A stretch of 64,000 nt of DNA, taken from Myxococcota bacterium (GTDB lineage Bacteria; Myxococcota_A; UBA9160; UBA4427). The translations under genes and the position numbers were made by a program. The DNA lies in assembly GCA_965250285.1 (NCBI GenBank), contig OZ252299.1, positions 2,144,001-2,208,000 of the forward strand. Direction: 5' to 3'. The notes beneath the pieces were generated by a model. The model had not been told where the DNA came from, ran no database searches, and worked only from the letters and a program-made list of their open reading frames with translations. How positions within the stretch are numbered: position 1 is the stretch's first letter; each line of letters starts with the position of its first letter. Shown piece by piece: positions 37,268 through 48,827 of the stretch.

Positions 37268-37882
37268 TCAGCGCACGACGATCCAGGTCGGGCGGTGCAC
37301 CGATCGGCGCACCTCGCCCGCCTCGGGATTCTTTGGATCGGGCAGCGGATCGCCCAGCGCACCGGCGAGATCCATCCACCCGAGCACCCGCAGCAGGTCG
37401 CCGTCACTCGTGCGCACGCAGCCCGCCGAGACAGGCCGACCCAGGACGCGCGGATCGCCTCCCCCATGCAGGGCGATCGAGCCGAGCTCGGCGAACGGGA
37501 TCTTGGCGACGCCCATCGGCGAGTCGAGGGAGGGCGGGAGCTTCGGCGCGCCGGCCGCGATCGCATCGTCGCTGGGTGTCCAGGCGGGTCGCAAGACGAC
37601 CCAGCCCACCCGGTGCCGCCCCTTCGGCGTCGGATTGTTCGGCGAACCGGGCCCGATGGGCACCTCGGGCCCGACCTCTCCGCTGCGTAGATCGCGCGTC
37701 CGCACGACGTACGCCTCGAGATCGATCTCGAGCTCGAGGCCGGGGTCACTCGCCGACCCGAACGCGGGCAGAGACGCGAACACCGACGCGACGCACAAAC
37801 ACGCGAGGAGCGCGCTCGCGCGCGCGGGTCGTCGGGGTCGAGAACGCAGCATGGCGGTCGAACGTAGCAGCACGCCGATCAC
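37268..37882 (-). CDS. L,D-transpeptidase (YkuD) family protein
   Basis: PTPKG, IALHGG...VSAGCVR catalytic motif; signal-like segment. Confidence 0.85.
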   Translation of the reverse strand: MIGVLLRSTAMLRSRPRRPARASALLACLCVASVFASLPAFGSASDPGLELEIDLEAYVVRTRDLRSGEVGPEVPIGPGSPNNPTPKGRHRVGWVVLRPAWTPSDDAIAAGAPKLPPSLDSPMGVAKIPFAELGSIALHGGGDPRVLGRPVSAGCVRTSDGDLLRVLGWMDLAGALGDPLPDPKNPEAGEVRRSVHRPTWIVVR

Positions 37883-39786
37883 CGGGCGTCTTCGACGCGA
37901 ACCCAGGCCCCGGCAAAGGGATCGCCCTCGTCGAAGCCTTCGAGGTGCGGGAAGTCGCGCGCCGGTCGCGCGGGTTCGATCGACGCCAATCGCACGCCCG
38001 ACATCGCCGCGGCATCGCGAATCGCAGGCTCGATTCGACGTCGCGCCTTGCGGTCGTTGAGGGTGAGGAGCAATCGGCCCCCCGGCGCGAGCTGTGCGAG
38101 GCAGCGGGCGACCATCGGCACCACGTCCTTTCGCACGCTGAAGAAGTGGCGTCCCGCCGCCGCTGCGGTCGGCGGATCGAGCACGATGGCGTCGAACTGC
38201 TCGGCCGGGTCGAGGCGCTCGAGGTAGCGCCGCCCGTCCTGCACGACGCCGACATGGCGACCCGGGTCGACCCCCTGCGCCGCGTTCGCGACCAGGTTCT
38301 CATCGAGTCGCCGCAGGTAGGCCGCGCTCAGATCGACGCTCACGACCTCGGCGGCGCCCGCCGCGAGCGCCGCCACACTGAACGCGCCCGTATGAGCGAA
38401 GAGGTTGAGCACCCGGGTCTCGCCCCGCGCCCGACGCAGGTGCCCGGCCAGGGCAGCGCGGTTCTCGCGCTGATCGAGGAACAGACCGAACCCCGGTGCG
38501 CTGCGGTCGGGCTCGAGCAGACCAGGATGCACGCGGTAGACCAGGCCATGCTCACGCACCGAAGCGTGCCGGCCGAGCTCGGCGCTGCCCTCCGGATCGC
38601 CGGCGTACGGATGCACCCGCACGCGTTCGAAGCGTCCGGGGACGCGTTCGTCGAGGTGCAGCACCTCGATCACGCGCCAGGGGCCCGGCACCACGCGCGG
38701 CCCCGCGGCACCGAGCGCGACAAGCGCACGGTCGACGAGATGCGCGGCACACCGCGCGGTCACGAGCACGCGCAGCAGTGGCCCGAGCCGGTCGACGTGC
38801 AGACCCGGCAGACCGTCGGCCTCGCCGTGGACGAGGCGAAACGCGTCCGTGCGTCGGGTGTCATCGATCAAGTCGGCCCGCCGCTCGAGCGCGCGGGCGA
38901 CGCACGCTTCGACACTCCAGGCCGAACCGTCCGAGCCCGAAGCGATCGCCCGACCCGCCACGTCGCCGGCACGCAGCCGCGCGCCGCCCGCGCGCCCGGC
39001 GCCCTCGACGAGCGCGTCGCCGTGCGCGCGCCCATCGGCGGTCACGAGGGCAACCCTCGCGCCGGGACGGAAGACCGCAGGATCCTCGGTCTCGTCATCG
39101 ATGCGAATCCACGGATGGCCGCGGCCGAGCACCCGCGCCGTCGCGTCCGAGATGCGCCAGCTCGGACGCGACCCTTCGGCCGGCGCGCCAACGAAGGCCG
39201 AGATCTCGGGCACGTGCGCCGAGCCCGCATCGCGCCCCCGCCACCACGCCGGTCCACCCTCGGTGACGATTCCGCCGTGGAAGGGGTCGCCCAGCACGAC
39301 GAGGCCGCTTCGCGCGAGTCGGCCCAGAAGATGTGCGGCGAGTCGAAACGGCGTCGCGGCGCCCAGGCGTTCGGGCAGCGTGCCCCATCGAAGCGCGATG
39401 TCGGTCAGGCCGTCGACGTCGGGACCGCACTCAAAGTCGATGCCCGGATCACCGCCATCGACGTCGTCGAACCACGGCAGCGTGCCTCGGCGCCACGGGG
39501 GCGTCACGGTTCGGACGACGGCGTGATCCCCCTCGGCACGCAGCTCGGGCCACGCCTCGCCATCGATCGACGCGCCCAGCGGACCGACCTCGAGTTCGGT
39601 CCCAGGGGCCACGACCCGATCGAGGTCACGCACTGACTCGCCTGCGACGCGAATCGCGCGCTGGGTCGCCCAATCGGCGAACACGCCACGATCCAGACCG
39701 GGACACGCACACGTGAGCAGCTCGACCACGCGCAGCGCGGCGCCCGGTGCGCGAAGGTGAAGAGCATGCGGGGAGGCGGCGAGCAT
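37879..39786 (-). CDS. RlmI/RlmK-like rRNA methyltransferase with N-terminal S4-like/RluA-like extension
   Basis: GHPWI, FRLVHGEADGLPGL.VDR, GLFLDQRENR, VLNLFAHTG, LDPP. Confidence 0.8.
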   Translation of the reverse strand: MLAASPHALHLRAPGAALRVVELLTCACPGLDRGVFADWATQRAIRVAGESVRDLDRVVAPGTELEVGPLGASIDGEAWPELRAEGDHAVVRTVTPPWRRGTLPWFDDVDGGDPGIDFECGPDVDGLTDIALRWGTLPERLGAATPFRLAAHLLGRLARSGLVVLGDPFHGGIVTEGGPAWWRGRDAGSAHVPEISAFVGAPAEGSRPSWRISDATARVLGRGHPWIRIDDETEDPAVFRPGARVALVTADGRAHGDALVEGAGRAGGARLRAGDVAGRAIASGSDGSAWSVEACVARALERRADLIDDTRRTDAFRLVHGEADGLPGLHVDRLGPLLRVLVTARCAAHLVDRALVALGAAGPRVVPGPWRVIEVLHLDERVPGRFERVRVHPYAGDPEGSAELGRHASVREHGLVYRVHPGLLEPDRSAPGFGLFLDQRENRAALAGHLRRARGETRVLNLFAHTGAFSVAALAAGAAEVVSVDLSAAYLRRLDENLVANAAQGVDPGRHVGVVQDGRRYLERLDPAEQFDAIVLDPPTAAAAGRHFFSVRKDVVPMVARCLAQLAPGGRLLLTLNDRKARRRIEPAIRDAAAMSGVRLASIEPARPARDFPHLEGFDEGDPFAGAWVRVEDAR

Positions 39787-39875
39787 CGCGACGCCGAGCG
39801 TATCAGTCCCGTCCGCGGCGGCGCAGCCGGCGCGATCGGCGCACGCTCAGGCTGCGCGAGCGAAGGCGTCCCGAG

Positions 39876-40460
39876 CTAGTCGCGGAGTCGGAAGACGATC
39901 GGGTCTGCGCCGCCCTGCCCGACCCGGCGATGGCGACGGATCGCATCGAGGATCGCGCTCGGCAGGCGTTCGCACGCCAGGTGTTCTCGCGCGACCAGCT
40001 CAGCGAGCTCGTCTTCACGTGACACCGGCGACAGATCGTCGAAGTGCGTGCCCGTCAGGACGATCACGGGCAGCTGGTGCGCCAGCGCCTCGGCTGCGTC
40101 CAATGCCTCATGGGCGCGGTCGCCGCAGCGGTCACCGAGATCGACGAGGATCGCGTCGTAGAGGTCTTCTCGCAGCAGCAGTGGGGCGTGGTCGAGCACC
40201 GATGTCTGCTCGACGAGAAATCGACCGCGCGTCGCGCGATGCAGCGACCAGCAGACGACGGGCACGAACTGGGGGCGTTCCTCGATCAGCAGGACCCGCA
40301 CCGAATCCTCGTCGGGGCGCCGGTCGTCCCATTGAAAGCCCTCACCCGTCTGCTCGAGTCGAGGCTCGCGCTTCGGTTCGGCGCCGAGGCCTTCGAGCGC
40401 CGCTTCGGCCACTGCTTCTGCTCGGTGGAGCGAGTCCCAATCCAACGCCGCGCTGGCCAT
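39876..40460 (-). CDS. Stand-alone atypical response regulator receiver domain
   Basis: VRVLLIEE, YDAILVDL, LPVIVLTG; the conserved Lys appears absent. Confidence 0.7.
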   Translation of the reverse strand: MASAALDWDSLHRAEAVAEAALEGLGAEPKREPRLEQTGEGFQWDDRRPDEDSVRVLLIEERPQFVPVVCWSLHRATRGRFLVEQTSVLDHAPLLLREDLYDAILVDLGDRCGDRAHEALDAAEALAHQLPVIVLTGTHFDDLSPVSREDELAELVAREHLACERLPSAILDAIRRHRRVGQGGADPIVFRLRD

Positions 40461-40793
40461 GTGGGTCGTCCTTCTGCCGTGCCTCGGTGCCTCAGAGGCC
40501 GGGGGGCCTGGGAGGGCGAAGGGGTTTGGTGATCTCGATTACGACCTTCACTATTCGTGGTCGGACCGACACGCCTTAGACTTGACGCTCGGTTCACCGG
40601 AAATTCGATCCGACGACTCGATCGATCGATGGCACCGAGCCGACGCGTGTCGGACGCACTCGATCTGCGTATGCACTGCCGCCCCGCGTGTTCGGGTCGA
40701 GGTGCGCACCGTGCGGCCCGATCGAGGCGATGGAACACAATGCGAAACCGCAAGATCGCGTCGTGCGGTCGCGCGTCGAACGGAGCCCGGCCC

Positions 40794-41828
40794 ATGCAGC
40801 CCCCGCGCAACTCGAACGAGAGCGCTCAAGAGAAGGAAAGCCCTCAGCCGCTACGACGCCCCGCGCCCGAGTCGAACCGCTCGCTCCTCTCCCCGATCGA
40901 GCGCTTGCAGCTGGGCGCGCTGCGCGCCGCGATGCGCGCCGCGAGCTGGATCGCGCCGATGCGCGGCCGCGGCCACGGCCTGCGGGTCGAACCGTTCCGC
41001 TACGGCACCCACGTGCTCGAAGTCGGCGACGTGCTCGAGTCGTCGAGCGACCCGACCGATCGCGCAGAGCGCAAGACACCTGTCGTGTACGTCCACGGCG
41101 GCGGCTGGGTCGCGGGCCACCGCGTCCTGTACACCGGCGACCTCGCCTTTCTCGCGCACGACGGCCGGCCCGTCGCGAATCTCGATTACCCCCTCGCGCC
41201 CGAGGCGCCCCATCCCGAGCCGCTCGAGGCGCTCTTGCGGGCACTCGCCGCGCTGCGCGCCGACGACCCGCGCTTCGATCGCGTGCACCTGGTCGGCGAC
41301 TCGGCGGGAGGCAACCTCGTCGTCATGCTCGCGCTGCTGCTCGAGGATCGCGCCGCGCTCGGCGGCTGGGCACCCGGAGCCACGCCCCGGACGCACCCCG
41401 AAATCGCCAGCGTGATCTCGCTCTACGGCGTGCTCGACCGGCTGTCGTGGCTCGAGCAGGGCTTTCCGATGGCTTCCCTCATGCTGCGCAGCTACGGGGG
41501 CAACGCAGCCTTCGCCGCCGACGTCGCGCCCGAGACCGCGATCACGCCCGTCGACCGAACGGCGACGGGCGGGCCCCCGATGTGGATCGCGACCGGCGAC
41601 CGCGACGCGCTCGCCGAATCGTCGCGCATCGGCGCTCGTCACCTCGAGCAGGCGGGCCTGCGTGTGCACCTCGAGTGTCATCCCGGCGAAGGCCACGGCT
41701 TCTTCAACTTCGCCGGTCGCCCCGAAGCGCAGCGCCTGCGCCGGGACATGCTTCGCTTCCTCGACGCGGTCGACGCCGAGCCGGGTGCCGCGGCCATGCA
41801 GACTAAAGACGGCGGCGACCCGAGGTGA
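40794..41828 (+). CDS. Alpha/beta hydrolase (HSL-type esterase)
   Basis: YVHGGGW, DYPLAPE, GDSAGG, HGF; start uncertain. Confidence 0.88.
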   Translation: MQPPRNSNESAQEKESPQPLRRPAPESNRSLLSPIERLQLGALRAAMRAASWIAPMRGRGHGLRVEPFRYGTHVLEVGDVLESSSDPTDRAERKTPVVYVHGGGWVAGHRVLYTGDLAFLAHDGRPVANLDYPLAPEAPHPEPLEALLRALAALRADDPRFDRVHLVGDSAGGNLVVMLALLLEDRAALGGWAPGATPRTHPEIASVISLYGVLDRLSWLEQGFPMASLMLRSYGGNAAFAADVAPETAITPVDRTATGGPPMWIATGDRDALAESSRIGARHLEQAGLRVHLECHPGEGHGFFNFAGRPEAQRLRRDMLRFLDAVDAEPGAAAMQTKDGGDPR

Positions 41829-43024
41829 CCGGTGGCGCTGCCCGTGAGCGCGGTGTGCGGCTCGGCGATGCCCTCCCGTGCGTCGAGGCCTTGCGGGGTG
41901 CTCTGACCGAAGCGGGCGGCGGGGCCTGGGTCGTCGGCCCCACCCTGCTCGAGTTCGACGCTGGCAGGCCCCCGCCCAACGCCCTGGTCTGGACCGACGC
42001 ATCGCGCACCGCGATCACCGAGCACCTCGGCCAGGCGGTGCCGATCGACGCGGCGGGTCGGGTCTTTCGCGTCGTTTGGGAAGACCAGCTCTGTTTCATC
42101 CGTTCGCTCGCGACGCCGATCGACGACGCGCTCGCGCGCATGCCGTTCGGCGTGCTGGCGGTCGGCCTCGAGGCCGGCACCGGTGCGCTTCGCGATCCGG
42201 TGGGCGGCGGCCGCGACCTCGCCGATCGCCGGCTGCGAGGTCGCGCCGACGCCAAGACGCTGGCGCGCCGGGACCCTTTGGTCGCCCTGCGCGCCGCGTC
42301 GCTCGTCGCCCGCCACGGGCTGCGCTTCGACGCTGACGAGGCCCGCGCGTTCGCGCACGCCCTGCCCGCACTCGAAGCCGCGCCGGCGGCGCATCGGGCA
42401 AGCCTGCTCGGTTCGATCCTGCAGACGCGCTCACCGAGCGCGGCGCTCTCGCTGCTCGACGCCGCCGGCCTGCGCCGCCGCTGGCTCGGCGCCGAGTCGA
42501 GTCTCGAAGCGAGCGCGTTCGACACGCTTCCGACCGACGCCGCGGTGCGGCTGCTCGCGTGGTGCCAACCGCACCCGGTGGCCGGGCTGCTGCGTCGCAT
42601 TCGGGTGGGGGCCGGCCTGCGCGCACGATTGGTGCGGCTCGCCGAGCACCATCCGCTCGACGAGCGACATTCGAACACTCGCCCCCGGACGGTGCGCCGT
42701 CTGCTGGAACGCATCGGGGAAGACGACTTCGACGCGTTGATCGCCCTGCGCCGCGCCGAGCTCGAGCGTGCTCCACGCCCCGACGCCCGGGCTCGTCTCG
42801 ACGCGCTGGCCGATGCGCGCCGAGCGCTGTCGACGGCCGAAGTCGAGCGCATCGGTCTCGAAGTGGGCGGGCGCGATCTCATCGAAGCGCTCGGGATCGA
42901 GCCGGGGCCGCCGATCGGCCAGCTGCTCGCGCAGCTCGAGACCGAGGTGATCGCGGGCCGGATCGAGAACGACCGAGGGGCGCTGCTGCAGCGGGCCGAA
43001 GCGATCCGACGCGACGGCGATTGA
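41825..43024 (+). CDS. Degenerate CCA-adding enzyme/poly(A) polymerase family homologue
   Basis: [17 protein letters not shown]-terminal [20 protein letters not shown]; catalytic GG..RD, DxD and RRD motifs are absent. Confidence 0.7.
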   Translation: MTGGAARERGVRLGDALPCVEALRGALTEAGGGAWVVGPTLLEFDAGRPPPNALVWTDASRTAITEHLGQAVPIDAAGRVFRVVWEDQLCFIRSLATPIDDALARMPFGVLAVGLEAGTGALRDPVGGGRDLADRRLRGRADAKTLARRDPLVALRAASLVARHGLRFDADEARAFAHALPALEAAPAAHRASLLGSILQTRSPSAALSLLDAAGLRRRWLGAESSLEASAFDTLPTDAAVRLLAWCQPHPVAGLLRRIRVGAGLRARLVRLAEHHPLDERHSNTRPRTVRRLLERIGEDDFDALIALRRAELERAPRPDARARLDALADARRALSTAEVERIGLEVGGRDLIEALGIEPGPPIGQLLAQLETEVIAGRIENDRGALLQRAEAIRRDGD

Positions 43025-43377
43025 AGTGGCACGGGGGCATGCGCGCCGAGGCGCGGGCGCCCGCCGTCGGCGTTCCGAAGTGGAGCGCAACCTCGACGAC
43101 CGCGCGGTTGCGGCGCGGGGGCTGCGCTCGGGTGTGCCGGCGCCGATCCTCTTCGACCCCGGACGCTCGATCGCCCAGCGAGGCGCTTCGATGGCACGCT
43201 GCGCCGAAAAGACCACCTCAGGTCAGCGCATTCGGTGCCGATGCATGCACCTTCGGCGCGAGTGAACGGCTACACTCCCAGGCCCCGAATCATCCCTTCG
43301 AGCTTCGTGTGACCGGTGTGCGTCCGCGTCCTCGGCCTCGGTGCCCGCTCGGTGGCTGGAAAGGCGCGACGTTCCCG

Positions 43378-46341
43378 ATGCAGGCGCTCTTCGAGGCGAT
43401 CCAGGAGTCTTGCAGCCGGACCATCTGGTCTCGCGGCGTCGAGCTTGTGCGGGCCGACGCCGTCGCGAGTGAGGGGCGTTCGGGGGAAGGCCTGGCTTTT
43501 CGCGTCGCGACGAAGTCGGGCCTCGTGTCTCCGCAGGTCGTGCTCTACGTCGACGACGAAGACTGGGAGTGCACCTGTAACGGCCCCGACGACCCCTGCG
43601 AACACGTCGCCGCCGCCGCCATCGCCCTGCGCAAGTCGAAGCGTTCGGGCGACGCGGTGCCCGAGGCCAGCGAGCAGGCGGGCCGCTTGCGGTATCGATT
43701 CGTCGTCGATGGCGGCCAGCTCGCGCTCGAGCGCGACGTCGTCGTCGCCGGCGAGGCGACACGCCTGCACGCCACGCTCGACGCCCTCGCCAAGGGCCGC
43801 GTGGCGGGCCCGCCGATCGTCGCAACGCCGACCGACGTCGAGATCGAGCGCATCCTCGGCCCGCGACGCATGGGCGCCCTGCCCCGCAACAGCTTGCATC
43901 GGATCCTCGAGAAGCTCGCGGGCGAGCTCGATGCGCCCGTCGACATCCAGCTCGACGGCGCACCGATCGAGGTTTCGAACGAGCCCGTTCTCCCGATCGG
44001 CCGGGTGGTCGACGCGCCGGGGGGTGTGCGGCTCTTCGTCGAGCAGGATCCCGCCCTCGAGCACGTCTACCGGAACGGCGCCGCGATCGTCGCCGGTCAG
44101 CTACGACCGGTCGGCGAGAGCCGCCTCGATGGTCGCGAACGCGAAGAGCTGCCCCGCGGCCGCTTCTTCCCGACCGAACGCTTCCCCGACCTCGTCACCG
44201 AGGTGCTGCCGGCGCTCGAACAGCGCATCCCCGTCGTCGTCGAGACCGCTCGACTGCCGCGCACGGCATCGGGCGAGCGGCCGCGGATCCGACTCGAGGT
44301 GCGCCGAGACGGCAATGCACTCACGCTGCTGCCGACGCTCGTCTACGGCGATCCGCCCCAGGCGCGCATCGATGCCGGCCGGCTCGTGCATCTGCGAGGC
44401 GACATGCCGCTCCGCGACGAAGGGGCCGAGGCGTCGGAGATCGCGCGATTGCGGGACCGGCTCGGGCTCGCACCCGGGCGCCGCGTGCGGCTCGTCGATC
44501 AGGCCGCGGTCGACATGGCGCGCCGCCTCGACGGCTGGCGCGGTGAAGTCGACGGCGGCGCCCTCGCCGACTTCCACGTGGCGCCCGCGCTCGAACCGCG
44601 TCTCGAGATCGACGGCGATCGCTTTCGGCTGGCCTTCGAGCCCGGCGCCGCCGACAGGGGCGACGCCGACGACGAGGACGTGCACCCCTTCGATCGCCAA
44701 CGCGGCGGCGCCGATGCCCTGAGCGTGATGCGCGCGTGGCGGGAGGGCTCGACGCTCGTCCCGCTCGACGGCGGCGGCTTCGCCCCGCTCCCCGCCGACT
44801 GGCTGTCGCGCTACGGCGACCGGGTCGCCGACCTGCTCGAGGCGCGCGCCGCCAACGATCGGATCCCCGCCTACGCACTGCCCGATCTCGGCCGGCTCTG
44901 TGAAGACCTCGACGAGCCACCGCCGCCCGACCTCGATCGCCTGCGGCCGATCGTCGATGACTTCGACGGCATCCCCGAAGCGAAGCTGCCCGAAGACCTC
45001 CGCGGGGAGCTGCGACCGTACCAGCGCCACGGGGTCGACTGGCTCTGCTTCATGCAGAAGGTCGAGCTCGGCACGCTGCTCGCCGACGACATGGGCCTCG
45101 GCAAGACGCTGCAGACGCTCTGCGCGATCGAGGCGCCGGCCCTCGTCGTCGCGCCGACGAGCGTGCTGCACAACTGGGTCGACGAGATCGAGCGCTTCCG
45201 GCCCGCGCTCACGACCTGCCTGTACCACGGCGCCCAGCGCAGTCTCGACGAGCAGGCCGACGTCACGCTCACCAGCTATGCGCTGCTGCGCCTCGACGCG
45301 AAGACGCTCTCGCAGCGCGACTGGGCCATGGTCGTGCTCGACGAGGCCCAGAACGTGAAGAACCCCGATAGCCAGGTCGCGCGCGCGGCCTACGGTCTCA
45401 ATGCGCGGTTCCGCGTGGCCCTCACGGGTACGCCGGTCGAGAACCGACTCGACGAGCTGTGGAGCCAGCTCCACTTCCTGAACCCCGGCCTGCTGGGCGG
45501 GCGTCCCGACTTTCAGTCTCGCTATGCGAGACCGATCGGCGAAGGCGACACCGAGGTCGCGGCGCGACTGCGCGAGCGCATTCGCCCCTTCCTGATGCGC
45601 CGACTCAAGCGGGACGTCGCGCCCGAGCTGCCCCCGCGCACCGACGTCGTGCTGCACTGCACCCTCGACGACGAGGAGCGCGCCGTCTACGACGCGGTGC
45701 GGGCCGCGACCGTGTCGAAGGTCGTCGAGCAGCTGCGCGGCGGCGGCGGTGTGATGGCTGCCCTCGAAGCGCTGCTGCGGCTGCGCCAGGCGGCGTGCCA
45801 CCCGGCGCTCGTCCCGGGCCAGGAGGCCACGCGCTCGAGCAAGCTCGACATGCTGCGCGACCGGCTCGAAACGGCGTCGGCCGAAGGCCACCGCGCCCTC
45901 GTCTTCTCGCAGTGGACGGCGCTGCTCGACCTCGTCGAGCCCGAGCTCGAAACGGCCGGGCTCGACTTCGTGCGTCTCGACGGCACGACCCGCGATCGCC
46001 GCACGGTGGTCGAGACGTTCCAGAGCGATAGCGGCCCCCCGGTGATGCTGGTCTCGCTCAAGGCGGGCGGCAGCGGCCTGAACCTGACGGCGGCCGATCA
46101 CATCTTCCTGCTCGACCCGTGGTGGAACCCGGCCGTCGAGGATCAGGCGGCCGATCGCGCACACCGCATCGGTCAGCAGAAGAACGTGATCGTGCACCGG
46201 CTGGTCAGCGAGGGCACGGTCGAAGAGCGGATCCTCGAGCTGCACGCGCGCAAGCGCGCGCTCTTCGAGGCGGCGCTCGGGGGCACCGGCGAGAGCTCGG
46301 GGCTGTCGCGAGACGACCTGCTCGCACTCCTCGAAGACTGA
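43378..46341 (+). CDS. SWIM zinc finger SNF2-family helicase
   Basis: CTC...[51 protein letters not shown]. Confidence 0.93.
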   Translation: MQALFEAIQESCSRTIWSRGVELVRADAVASEGRSGEGLAFRVATKSGLVSPQVVLYVDDEDWECTCNGPDDPCEHVAAAAIALRKSKRSGDAVPEASEQAGRLRYRFVVDGGQLALERDVVVAGEATRLHATLDALAKGRVAGPPIVATPTDVEIERILGPRRMGALPRNSLHRILEKLAGELDAPVDIQLDGAPIEVSNEPVLPIGRVVDAPGGVRLFVEQDPALEHVYRNGAAIVAGQLRPVGESRLDGREREELPRGRFFPTERFPDLVTEVLPALEQRIPVVVETARLPRTASGERPRIRLEVRRDGNALTLLPTLVYGDPPQARIDAGRLVHLRGDMPLRDEGAEASEIARLRDRLGLAPGRRVRLVDQAAVDMARRLDGWRGEVDGGALADFHVAPALEPRLEIDGDRFRLAFEPGAADRGDADDEDVHPFDRQRGGADALSVMRAWREGSTLVPLDGGGFAPLPADWLSRYGDRVADLLEARAANDRIPAYALPDLGRLCEDLDEPPPPDLDRLRPIVDDFDGIPEAKLPEDLRGELRPYQRHGVDWLCFMQKVELGTLLADDMGLGKTLQTLCAIEAPALVVAPTSVLHNWVDEIERFRPALTTCLYHGAQRSLDEQADVTLTSYALLRLDAKTLSQRDWAMVVLDEAQNVKNPDSQVARAAYGLNARFRVALTGTPVENRLDELWSQLHFLNPGLLGGRPDFQSRYARPIGEGDTEVAARLRERIRPFLMRRLKRDVAPELPPRTDVVLHCTLDDEERAVYDAVRAATVSKVVEQLRGGGGVMAALEALLRLRQAACHPALVPGQEATRSSKLDMLRDRLETASAEGHRALVFSQWTALLDLVEPELETAGLDFVRLDGTTRDRRTVVETFQSDSGPPVMLVSLKAGGSGLNLTAADHIFLLDPWWNPAVEDQAADRAHRIGQQKNVIVHRLVSEGTVEERILELHARKRALFEAALGGTGESSGLSRDDLLALLED

Positions 46342-46494
46342 CCCGCGCGGGATCGGCGACCGGCAGGCGACCGGCAACGGCTCAAGTCGCGCCGGACGCG
46401 CCCCGAAACCGCTGGGGTGGCGCACGCTGATTCGGCGCGCCCCCACGGCGTCGAGATGCGGGCCACGTGAACCGCGCGACGACGCGGAGTCGTC

Positions 46495-46938
46495 ATGCCC
46501 CCCCATCCTCCGAACCCGGCCAAGCGGGCCGTCCGTGCCCTGCTCACCCTCGCCCTGCCGCTCGCGCTCGGCTTCGTGACCGGCGGCGTCGTCGCGTCGG
46601 ACCTGGCGCGCGTCACCACCGAGGGCGAAGACCTGCGCGTCGTGCGCCCGCCCACGCCGGGGCTGGCTCACCGCGAACCGAACCCCGCACTGCTCGCGTT
46701 CAGCTCGCCGATCCCCGAGCACGCACCAGACCCGCGCCCGACGCGGCGCTCGGTGCAGGAGGCCGTCGACGAGATCGACCCGCGCGCGTGGCTCGCACGC
46801 TACGGCGAGGTCGCCGAGCGACCCGCTGCGCTTGCGCCCGCGCCCGCTTCGACCCGGCGCGCCTGGCTCGCCCGCTCCGGCGAGGTCGCCGAGCGACCCG
46901 CCACGCTCGCATCCGCGCCCGGTTCGACCCCGCACTGA
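46495..46938 (+). CDS. Hypothetical exported protein with a 25-aa internal duplication
   Basis: GGAG RBS, hydrophobic N-terminus; RAWLARxGEVAERPA twice (75-bp repeat, 46783-46932). Confidence 0.5.
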   Translation: MPPHPPNPAKRAVRALLTLALPLALGFVTGGVVASDLARVTTEGEDLRVVRPPTPGLAHREPNPALLAFSSPIPEHAPDPRPTRRSVQEAVDEIDPRAWLARYGEVAERPAALAPAPASTRRAWLARSGEVAERPATLASAPGSTPH

Positions 46939-47130
46939 CGGGCGGTTTCGGCGCTCGCGCCCGGCTCGGCGAATGCCCGCCCCCGGGGCCCCTCCCCTTG
47001 CCCGCCTGGGCGACGTGCCTAGCTTCCCGCGTCGGTTCCCGGCACATTGGCGGTCGTCGGGTGAGACGATCCTTGCTTTGGCGAGCGCCCGACCCGAAGG
47101 TCGGCGCAGGCCCGAGATGCGGAGGCAGAC

Positions 47131-48105
47131 TTGAGCGATCGAAGCGGAGCGAGAGATCCCTACGCCGCCCTGGGTGTGGCGCGCGGTGCCTCCGCTGACG
47201 ACATCAAGAAGGCGTATCGCAAGCTCGCGCAGAAGTATCACCCCGACCGCAACGCCGACGACGCCGAGGCGGAAGAGCGTTTCAAGGAAGTGAGCGCCGC
47301 GTACGCGGTGCTGTCGGACGACGATCGCCGCCAGGCCTACGACGAGTTCGGTGAGATCGCCCTCGACCCGAACTTCGACGTCGAGCAGGCGCGCCAGGCC
47401 CAGCAGGCGGGCGGCTTCGGCTTCAGCGGCTTCGAGGGCTTTCAGCGCGCCGACTTCGGCGACCAGGCGGGGGGCTTCGGCTCGATCTTCGAAGACCTCT
47501 TCGGGGCCGGCGGCCGTCCCCATGGTGGCCCCCCGCGCCCGAGGAAGGGCCGCGATCTCGAAGCCGACCTCGAGCTCGACTTCGAGGCGGCGGCGCTCGG
47601 CGCAGAGCGCCGCATCTCGGTGGCACGGCCGCTCGCGAGCGGCGGCGTCGGGTCGGAGTCACTCACGGTCCGCATTCCGCCGGGTGTCGACGATGGCGGT
47701 CGGATCCGCCTCGCCGGCAAGGGCGGCGAGAGCCCGAATGGCGGTCCGGCCGGCGACCTCTTCTGCCGGGTCCATGTGAGGCCCCACCGGCACTTCACGC
47801 GCGACGGACGCAACCTGCAGCTCGACGTCCCGGTGTCGATGCTCGAGGCCGTGAACGGCGCCGAGATCGAGATCCCGACGTTGCAGGGCAGCGTCCATCT
47901 GCGCGTGCCGGCCGGCTCGGACGGCGGCAGCAAGCTGCGCCTGCGCGGCAAGGGCATCCCGGCCGCCGGCGGCAAGCCCGACGGCGACCTCATCGTGACC
48001 CTGCGCATCAAGACGCCGAAGAAGCTCGAGGACGAGCAGCGGGATCAACTCGCACAGCTGTTGCCCGACGAGGGCGACGGCCTGAGAAAGGAGAGATTCG
48101 GTTGA
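47131..48105 (+). CDS. DnaJ-class chaperone without zinc finger (CbpA-like)
   Basis: J-domain with HPD, G/F-rich linker, C-terminal domain (VRIPPGV, LRLRGKG); GGAGG RBS before TTG. Confidence 0.92.
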   Translation: MSDRSGARDPYAALGVARGASADDIKKAYRKLAQKYHPDRNADDAEAEERFKEVSAAYAVLSDDDRRQAYDEFGEIALDPNFDVEQARQAQQAGGFGFSGFEGFQRADFGDQAGGFGSIFEDLFGAGGRPHGGPPRPRKGRDLEADLELDFEAAALGAERRISVARPLASGGVGSESLTVRIPPGVDDGGRIRLAGKGGESPNGGPAGDLFCRVHVRPHRHFTRDGRNLQLDVPVSMLEAVNGAEIEIPTLQGSVHLRVPAGSDGGSKLRLRGKGIPAAGGKPDGDLIVTLRIKTPKKLEDEQRDQLAQLLPDEGDGLRKERFG

Positions 48106-48746
48106 GCCTCGTCGTCGACGATGTCGTGCGGACGCCCGGCAGCGCCCTGATCACCCTCGTTCGCCACGGTCAAACGGCCGCCAACACAGGCGGCGTGTGG
48201 CACGGCTCGACCGACACACCGCTGAGCGACCACGGTCACGGTCAAGCGGCCCAGGTCGCGTCACATCTGGCCGACATCACGAGCGACGTCGTCGCCGTCT
48301 TTGCGAGCCCGCTGCAGCGCGCGCGACACACGGCGGGCGCGATCGCGTCGGCCCTCGCCCTCGACGTCGAGGTGCACGCCGGGCTCACCGAGTACGACCT
48401 CGGCGAGTGGGAGGGGCTCACCTACGAGCATCTCCACCAGGAAAAGAAGCTCTGGGATCACATGGCGCGCGACCCCGACTACGCACCCCACGGCGGCGAG
48501 AGTCCGCGCAGCGTCACCGAGCGGCTGATCGGCGCCTTCGAGGATCTCGACGCGCGCCACGCCGGCGAGCATGTCGTGGCCGTCTCGCACGGCGGCGCGA
48601 TGGCGCTGGCCCTGGGGTACCTGATCGAGCGCGAGCATGGCCGCTGGAAGCGCGTGATGAAGAACTGCGCGGTCACTCAGCTCGAGCTCGATCCCGAGCC
48701 GCGCCTGCTCGCCTTCAACCACACGGCTCACCTCCAAGACGCATGA
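48102..48746 (+). CDS. Histidine phosphatase (phosphoglycerate mutase) family protein
   Basis: [28 protein letters not shown]. Confidence 0.9.
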   Translation: MSLVVDDVVRTPGSALITLVRHGQTAANTGGVWHGSTDTPLSDHGHGQAAQVASHLADITSDVVAVFASPLQRARHTAGAIASALALDVEVHAGLTEYDLGEWEGLTYEHLHQEKKLWDHMARDPDYAPHGGESPRSVTERLIGAFEDLDARHAGEHVVAVSHGGAMALALGYLIEREHGRWKRVMKNCAVTQLELDPEPRLLAFNHTAHLQDA

Positions 48747-48827
48747 CCTCATCGCGGGCAGCGACGCCGTCGGGCCCGTCTCGCGTCGGCTGCTACGCTC
48801 GTTCGTGAACTCGAACCGGGGATCCCC

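Noticed and set aside
43026..43265. 79-aa ORF between the CCA-like gene and the helicase
   Set aside because: No RBS, motif or convincing codon bias; more likely a promoter region
46939..47130. Heat-shock element or ncRNA upstream of the DnaJ-type gene
   Set aside because: No CIRCE or HAIR match; only a short hairpin and a possible TTGCCC...TAGCTT promoter, which is insufficient support
44101..47523. 1140-aa minus-strand ORF
   Set aside because: Antisense shadow of the SNF2 helicase and DnaJ-type genes
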